Below, piece by piece: positions 41,701 through 51,245 of a DNA stretch of 64,000 bases (positions within the stretch are counted from its first letter, which is position 1; each line of letters opens with the position of its first letter). Both the position numbers and the translations under genes were made by a program. The notes beneath the pieces were generated by a model that saw only the letters and a list, made by a program, of their open reading frames with translations, did no database searches and was not told where the DNA came from. Origin of the DNA: Chrysomallon squamiferum (lineage: Eukaryota > Animalia > Mollusca); NCBI GenBank assembly GCA_012295275.1, contig CM022665.1:12648001-12712000 (forward strand), in the 5' to 3' direction.

Positions 41701-44700
41701 ATAGTAAGTATCAAATATTTTACTTATTAAACTTTTTTTTTTTTTTTTTGAGCTTAAAAGACCCCACAGATTTCCTAGCAGCAAATCTAATTTTTTGTGT
41801 TATATATCATTTTTCTTCTTGTTATCTCTTTTTTTAATATCAGTTTTATGTTTTAAATAAACAAAAATCATTTATATTAAAAATAATTTCAGCAGTTTTC
41901 AAATAAACTTCACTCATCTAAATTACTTGGTAAATTAAAAATTATAACTGAGAAAACAAACAACATTTTAAGTAAAACAGCTAATACAAATTGCAGATAT
42001 AATTATGTTATTTACTGATCTAAATAACACATTTTTAAAATATATAAAATGTATTATTCTTAACTTATACTTCTCAGGTTGAAGATCATGATGTGGAGTG
42101 TGACCCGAACTTTCGTCTTTTCCTGCACACTACAGTAGAGCCACACCAGATCCACCAGAACCTTGCTGCTTACACAGCAGTCATGTTTTTCCAACAAAGT
42201 CGCAGTGACATGGAAGAAGAACTATTGAATGCTTTTATGCAACAGGAGAAATCTCGACTAGAAAATGAGAGAACAACACTTAGACAGGTGAGTTAGGAAT
42301 AAACCTTAAAGAATAAGCCTTAGTAATAAATCATTTTTTTCTCTTTTTTTTTCAATATTTCTCTTAAAAACCTGTGCATTTTATCATATTATGTACTGTT
42401 GTGCAGGAAAAACTTGAGAACATGGAATTACTACATCACTTGGATCACCAAATGAGAAATCAGCTGTCCAGTGATGTTAGACTGATGAATGATCTGCAGG
42501 CCACAAAGAGATTAGCAGATCTCATGAAACAGTATGAAGAAACACTTGAAAGGTAAATAACAGAGTACATGCAAAAAAAAAAAAAAAACTCACTTTTATT
42601 GTGATCTCGTTAACTGAAGTAATTGGTATCATATATATGATCTCACATGTTATCTGAGTTTATTGCGATTATTTGTATTAATGCCCTGTTATTATCATTA
42701 CTACTACTATTATTTATATATTATTTATTTTATTTTATTTTATTTTTGTTATTTTTTATGATTCTAACAATACTTTATTTAATTACAACTGACACATTCT
42801 CGGAACAAGCTTTCTTTACATAAAGTTTTCATTGTTTACAAAACATATTCTCTTGTCATATTTAAATTTTGAAATGAAATCTGTTTTTCTGTTGACAGTC
42901 AGAGTCGAGTGGAAGCTAACGAGACTTCTATTATGAAAGCTCGTGAAACTTACAGGTCAATTGCCCGGAGAGCAGCTGTGTGTTTTGACAGTGCTCAGTA
43001 CATGAGAGAACTTAACCCTGTCTACCAGAACTCATTCAAACAGTTTACAGATCTTTTCCTGGCTGCCGTCAGTCACTCTGAAAGGTAATGAATATTTAAT
43101 GTTTGTACAGGCTTGTACAGTGTGATTCTTTGTTTAAGTAATATTATATATATTAAGTAATGGTATTTAATTTTTGTTATTATCTAAAAAAAAAAAAGGT
43201 AATGCTAAGTTTTATTTAATATTTGTTTCTGTTGTTTTTCATTCTTTTCTTTTTTTTTCTAATAAAAATTTGTTTCTCTTTATTATATGTCTCTGTCTTG
43301 TTTCAAACTATTGCTTTCTATCTAATACTCTTCTGAATCGTTCATTCTTTTCTGTCAAGGTTGTTTCTGTTGTTGTTGGATTTTTTTATTGTTTTCTTTT
43401 AATTTTTAATCTTTATTTTGTTCTGTACATTCATATGTCGGTTTTTCAAACTGTTCATTCATCCATCCATTTCCAGTGAAATTAATCCAGAATAAATAAA
43501 TATTTACATCAAATATCCTGATCAATAAACAGTCACAACACTCTGGTGGTATTATTAAACCAAAACTAACCATCCATCCATCTATCCATTCATCAGTTTT
43601 ACATGCAGCTGTCAGTCTTTAACTGCCTTCTTGTTTAATCTAAATAATATTTATTTGAAAAATGACTAATGTTGTTTATGTTGTAGGTCTGCAGTGAAGG
43701 CAGTGATAGAAAAACTCACATACAGTGCTTACACTAGCATAGCCAGATCAGTGCTTGAGAGAGACAGGCTCATTTATGCCTTACTTCTTTCTATTGAGGT
43801 GAGTGCAATGTAAATTATTCGAATCTTGGATATTACTGATATTACTGTGTATGTGTTGTGTTTGTGTTTATTATCTGGATTATTAAAAGTAATAATTAAA
43901 AGACTGTCCTAATGGTTACTCATGGATATTAAAGAACATTTTATCAAGATCATATTAAATAAATAAAAAAATTAAAAAATTAAAAAAATTCATTTCTAAC
44001 TTTTTTGTTATTACAATAGTAAAAATGTTTTTAAATTTTACGTTAAGATTAGGACATTTCATAAATTTTAAATATTATTTTAGGTTGAGGAATCTCTTGG
44101 TCGTGTTGGACCAGGAGAAAGAGAATTCTTAATCTCTCCAAACTACAGCTCAGTGGTGATGTCCTCTCTCGGTTTCACACAACCTTCAGACAGTCGCATC
44201 GTACAGGCCAAGAAACCATTTGACTGGATGACCGATGACCAGTTCCACAATCTTCAAGTCCTAGCCACTCATTTAGACTGGTTCCAAGAGATGTTCGACC
44301 GCATGCCCAAAGATGGACGAGAGACACAGTGGAGGAACTTGTGTGAGTGCGAACTGCCAGAAAATGTTACATTACCTGACAAGATGGATGACATTTACAG
44401 ACCTTTACAAAGACTGTGTGTTATCAGAGCTGTGAGGAGTGACAGAATTATTCAGGCTTCAACAGCATTTGTGTCACAAGTCTTGGGCAAACAGTAAGTT
44501 TTGGGGTCAGATGATTTCTGGGGTTGTTTTTTTCTTATCATAGAATTTTCTTATTAATACTTGTTTAAGGGTTTTTGTAGGTTTTCTTTTTATCATAAAG
44601 AAACATGTTTTTTCATAGGAAAAATATTTTAGAGTATTTTAATTATAAAAATAATAATAAAATTTTTTATTTTTTTTAATTTTTTTTATATATATATATA

Positions 44701-47700
44701 TATTTTTTTTTTGTTATTATATATATTTTTTTTTTTTTGGTATCATAATCATCATCATATAATAATTATTATTATGAATTTATTAATTTATTTTTATTAT
44801 TATTATTATTTTTAAACATTTAATAAAACAAAATGATAACTTTTGTTAAAGGTATATTGGAGACATGTCAGTTGATCTTTCTGTCATGCTCAAACAGAGC
44901 AGTCCAACTGTACCAATCATCTTGATGTTTTCAAATGAGTCTCAGATGGCAGCCAAACTCTTCACAGACTTTGCCACTAAAAAACAGAACAAGATGGATT
45001 TAATTAGTCTAAGTGACAGCTGTGCTGCTACAGAAAGATCTGTGAGGAGACACATACACAAAGGAATGGCTGAGGTATTGGAAAGAGTGGATTGAAATAA
45101 ACAATAACATTAAATTATACTTTCAGATCTAATATGTTGTATGTAATATGGACTTTGGGGTATAATATTTTAGTTCTTAATAACAAAATAAAGAATTTAG
45201 AGCTTTGGTAATTTTTATATAGTTAGAATCTAAGAAAGTGTAGATTTAAAAAAATAATAATAATAATTAACAAGCATACATACGCACACTCAAATTTATC
45301 ATATTGAAATGGAAAAAAAGATACTTGGAAAGTGATTGTTTAAGGACATCTCATCTCATTTTTCTATGAATTGTTAATAGGTATTAAATGTTTGGGCATA
45401 CGATATTATTTAAAAGGACACTGCTTGGGATTTTTCCTGTTTCCATAGCCTAGAAATAAAATCTGTTAACAAGATACATAATTATGTAGTACTTAGTAAA
45501 ACTGGAAATAACTGATAGGGCTATCTTAGGAAAACTGATCCTGCAACCAGCCATTGTCTCTGACCAACACTGTAACTGAAAAACAGTTGCCATCTTTCAA
45601 ATCTTTGTGTAATTTAGCTCTTCAGTCTAGCTATAATAGTTCTGTAATGTCCAGGGTTTTGATTGTATTTTGCATGAAATATTACATACTGAAAGCTCTA
45701 ATTGTTGTTTACATTATTTTGATTTCAGGGTAGCTGGATCATGCTTCACAATGCACAAAATGCCATCAGTCTGCTGAGTTCTATCGAATCAATGCTGGCA
45801 GAAAACCCAGATCAGATTGACCCTCAGTTCCGGCTGTGGTTGTCCTGTCAAGTCCCTTCAGCTTCAAAGTCAGGCGTCATCAACTTTCCTTTCAGACTGC
45901 TGCAGAATTCAGTGCGAGCCTTCATTGATTCACCAAAGGTGAGGTTTCTCTAATAATGTATATTCAGTGTATACCAGACAAATGCACAGTAAATTTAAAA
46001 CTTATATCACAAGCTATTAAATTAAATTGTTGATATTTTCACTGAAGAAAATCATATGTAGTATTTATGACTTGTTGCTTTTATTCATTGATGGCACTAT
46101 CCAGTGTCAGATTCTTTGTAATGGTGTGTTGCTACACATACATACATTCATTCACTAATATCTGCTTAACTGATTTTTCTAACAGATAATGAAGGACAGT
46201 CTGGTTCGCTCATTCAGCTGGATGGAGCATGACATTTTCAAACAGTCAGGACGATGGGACTGGCCAGTCATGTTACACAATCTGTGTTACTTACATGCAG
46301 CTATTTGTCTGAGAGCCAGATTTGGTCAAGGAGGTTGGAACAACCCAATAGATTTCTTACAAGTTGGCTACACTGAACTCTTGGTATGTACATTTATGTA
46401 TATTAGAATGTATGGACAAGAATAGATTTGTGAAAAATGATTCTGTACCAGGAGAATGCATTGACAAGAATGTATTCATGAAAAATAATTCATTATAAGA
46501 GAATTCATAAGGAAACATAGATTTATGAGAAATAATTGCAAAACCCTTCAGTTGCAAATTAAATTAAATGGATTATTTTTGTAATCCACACTTCCACTTA
46601 ATTTTAATCTATTGCTTAAAAAATGTTATTCTAATTTCAGATGTTTAGATTATCTTTGTTGCTTTGGATAAAAATTGTCCTTTAATTTTAGAAAATAATA
46701 TATTAGATCTAACATAATCAATTTGTGTCTTGTTAACATTTCACGTACTAAATGTTTCTACAGTTTTTTGTCATAAGTAACCCTACACTGACCAGTATGA
46801 AATATTCTAAGTTATAATAATAATTTAAAACTGTGATGTTCATTATAATTATTGGTCTTATTTTTGTTTCAGTTGTCTGTATGTTATAATTAATTATTAT
46901 GGTTCATGTGTTTATTATGAGTTAAATCTACATTTCAGGAATGTATTGACTATACAGTGGGTGAATTTAAGGAGCCTCTTGTAATGGTGAGTGCTGATGG
47001 ATCAACCACACTGAGATCTATCTCTTGGACTGGCATCAGATACATAGTTTCTGAGGTGAGTACATCTATTTAGTATGGCTCGTAATAATTAAATGTGACA
47101 TATATCAGAATGAAAGAATTGTGGAAAGAAAATTTTTCACAGTAAGATTATTAAAGTATTTTAGACTATTTTATGAATTAGGTCCCATCTTTGATGATCC
47201 AGTTTGTGTGTGTTTGTGTGTTTGTATATATGTCTTGAATTTCTAAGTGTGTGGATATATATGTGTAAGTGAATTTTTGATGTCTCGTAGATGAATGTAT
47301 ATTTTAGTCTTTATATTTTTAAACTATACTGGACATCAGTGCAAGATTTATGACAGTCCAGAAATGTTAACGTAATGACTTTTGTCAAATGAATGCCAGC
47401 TTATTAATCCTTTTGTTGCCAAATATGGTGTACCTCACAAGTATTTTGGGGGGAAAAAATTACCTATTGAGATATCTCACCAACAGCAGTTTTCTAGCAT
47501 ATTGAGATATCTCTCCAGTAGCACACAAGAGTTAACATATATCATTTATTGTTACCATCCCAAAAATATTTGTTTTGACATTTTTGAGGCCAGACAGTTT
47601 TATATCCTCTGTATATTTGTATAATGCTTTTTTTAACAAATGAATAAACAAATACGCATGCGTTTCTTCTTTTTACAGCTTATATATGGTAGATATGTAA

Positions 47701-50700
47701 CTGATACCCATGATCAGCAGAGTCTGAGTGCTATGGTAGATTACTGGGTTTCTCCAACAGCTATCAAAAAGGAATTTGAGGTTGCTAGATGTGAGTTTGT
47801 GTTCATTACTATACCAACTAAATAATCTAAGCAAAATAATAATAATTATTTATAATAATGATAAAATATTGGGCTATTAGATGTCAAATAAGTATAAAAA
47901 TATTAAAAAACAAACCCAGGACAATCAGCTGAAGGGCTATAATACCTATAATACCTTCCTTCATGTTGTAATCAAAGAACTATAATATGCATTTCATATG
48001 TTGATTTTTTTTTTTTTTTTTTTCCAGTAAAATATCGTCCTCCACAAGTATTTTTCAACCCAAATGTCAAACTGAATGCAGTGGTTCAAGCTCTTGAGAA
48101 TCTAAATAATCATTTTCTAGACACACCAGAGGGTTGTCACCTACATCCTAGTGTGGAGGTAAGGCTGTAAATTTCTTTATTTAAATGTTATATTCACAGT
48201 TATACATTTTCAGCTGTGAAGAAGAAATAACAGTTTAAATTAAAATGTAATTTAAAAAAAAAATGTAACTGACTTTTTTTTTTCAAATAATATTTATACA
48301 AATAACTTAATTTTTAACTACCTTCTTATTGTATTTGATAATAACCATTTTGTTGAAGTTTCTCTATCACACTGGCTCATTGGATGGATACATATATGAA
48401 TACCACTTAACAGAATACAATTGAAGTTAATCCAGTAAAATTTGACTTTTTGTACTTTATTTTATGATTAATATATATAAATTATATATTTGTAATTATT
48501 GTAATTATTATTATTATTAACTGATCTGTTAATTTTCTTGTAGACTATTCTCGGAGATGACCAGTATGTGTTTACAAGACTAAACAAGATATTTGATGTG
48601 ATGCCATCATCAGCTAGTCTTAGTCATAAACTGTTTCCTAGACCTCCAAGTCCTTTCATTGGTCAGTGCTGTTTAACATAGTCATAAACATGTTATTAGT
48701 AATTAACTAACTTTTACCATGTATATACATATATACACACACACACACCTTGTAAAGTTATAAAAGAAATCCCCCAAAATAAAAACCTGAAATTAAATAA
48801 AAACAGAAAAAAACTAAGAAAAAAATGTATATCAGAAAGAAATCTTAACCTACAATTAACATACATTATTTTCATCTGTGTGTTTGTGTGTACATGTGTG
48901 TGTATGTGTGTATATACATATGTTTAAATTACATGATTTACAAGCTTTTTTGCACATACATTTTATATAGTCATTATAAAGTCCTTGTGCAATTGTAAAC
49001 ATTTAAAACTTCTAATCTATGTATGTCAGAACTGGTCTGCAAAAAGAATAAAGGAAGTGTAACTTTCTTCTTCATATATACACTTTCTTATTAATAATAT
49101 ACATTTTCTCTACTTAAAAAATAAGCTAATATTCATTTGATTTTTTCCTGTCTTAGCTGAAGTACGACCACAGACACATCTAACAACACCCTTTCCTCTG
49201 TGTTATGTTTTATAACTACTTGTTTATTCTTTCTGTTACCAGGTCCTGCTCTGGCTGGTGTAAGTACACAAAGTAACAACCCTGCTGTGGTTGGCATGGG
49301 GACATTCTCAACTGCCAGCTATGCCACCTTCAAGATGAGAAAAGATGTGGAATTGTGGGAAATTTGTCATTCTATGCTGAACAAGGTTCCAAAAGCCTAC
49401 AACAAAGTCAGTACAATATTTTCATTAGGAATAAGTTATAATTTAATAATGAAATTAAAAATAATAACATGAAAGTGAAAATATTTGGAAAAAAAATTAA
49501 AGTAAAAAGAGAATTTTTTTTTTTTTTTGGCTGGATGCTTATTTATGTTGGATATCAGGGGCTGTGAAAAGGAAAAATCAACTTGAAACCTATCAAGCTG
49601 AGTATTCTGTATACTGTTTTAAATATCACAATAGTATTATATTCTTTCTACTAGGCTGTAATTACCAGGATTGTGTACTTATAAACAAGCATCATGCTAT
49701 TAAATAGAATGGCAGTCCTCTTAAATCCAGTCATTTATTACTGGATAACAGATACATGTTCCTCATTAAAACAAATGCTAGTAACCCACATTCAAGACAC
49801 TGATAAAAGTAATATATCTTTCTTCATTCACAGATCAAGAATACAGTTTTGAAAAATTGTAAAATTTTGTTTTATAGGACTACATAACTGACAGGGTTAA
49901 ACAAAAAGGAGGCTTCACAGCTTTTAATAACTTCATCATGAGAGAGCTGGAGACTATGTACAAACTGGTAACAGAAATAAAGACAACTCTACAGGTAAAA
50001 TAAATTTTTAGAGTTTATCTCAGTTATAACAAGATTTGTTCCTTGTGTCAGTTTCAAATTAATTAGCTTTTAGTAATGTCATACTGCAAGAGAAATAAAA
50101 ATAACAACTTATAAATGTATTTTTATTTATTTAATTAAAATGTGACTTTTGTTATTGTGAATGTTTGAGGGACTTTTTATATTTTAAAAATAACGTTTTT
50201 ATATATCTATCTAAGAATAATTTGCTTATAAAATAAATACTCTAATTTACATAAGATGCAGACCTTTTTAATCAGGTAAATTTATGTTAATTAATATTCA
50301 GATCTTTTTTTATCATCCTTCATGAAACAAGGAAATATCGAGGCTCTGAATTTGTTCTTTTTTTTCTTTTTTTTAAATTTCAAGAATTTATTTAATAACT
50401 ATTTTCATATTAAAATAAATAAAATTGAACTACACCTTAGCTATATCATTTATTATTTTTATTTTTTTATCAGGCAATCAGGGTAGCAACTGAAGCTAAT
50501 GTACTGGGAGATCAGCTGTCTACAGATCTTCTTTCAGCTGCAGATGACCTCTATCACTTACGCATACCCCAAGCATGGTGTCAGCTAGCAGGGTATTCAG
50601 CACCCCCACTCACCTGGGGCCTGGGTCAGTGGTTGACTGAATTGCATAACAGATGTCATCATTTTGAGAAAATCTTGTCCATGGTAATTTATATATTTAT

Positions 50701-51145
50701 TTGATTGTTTTGTTTCTTCCTCTCTTGTTGTTTTATTTTGGGATGATTTTTGTTTTTATTTTATTCATTTTAAATTTAATTTTTTTAATTTTAATGTCTT
50801 TGTTTTTTTCTTATTTTGGATTTGTTCTTTTTGTAAAATGCATAGTCTTCAGATATTTTTTTTTTTTTTTTTTACCTTATTGATAAATGTATGTGTAGAT
50901 GGCATATCACTTGTAGGTTTTTGTAAACTGATTCTTCTTTGTCTTTTACTGAAACTGTCTAACAAATATCTGAATTGTGGTTTAATTCATGTACAATTTT
51001 AGTAATATTATTCAAGTACTAGTTTTACTTTTATTTCACTTTTGTTTATAATAATAACAACAACAACAACAATACAAATTATTATTTTTTAAAAAGCATT
51101 ACAAAATACAGTGACCATGGATTCAAATGAAATTTTTTGGTTTTT

Positions 51146-51176
<31 letters not shown>

Positions 51177-51193
51177 GTTGTTATGTTTTGGGC

Positions 51194-51245
<52 letters not shown>

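Noticed and set aside
49157-49242. Upstream alternative acceptor before exon 49243
   Set aside because: Read-through hits a stop, and the only phase-compatible donor leaves a 41-nt intron.
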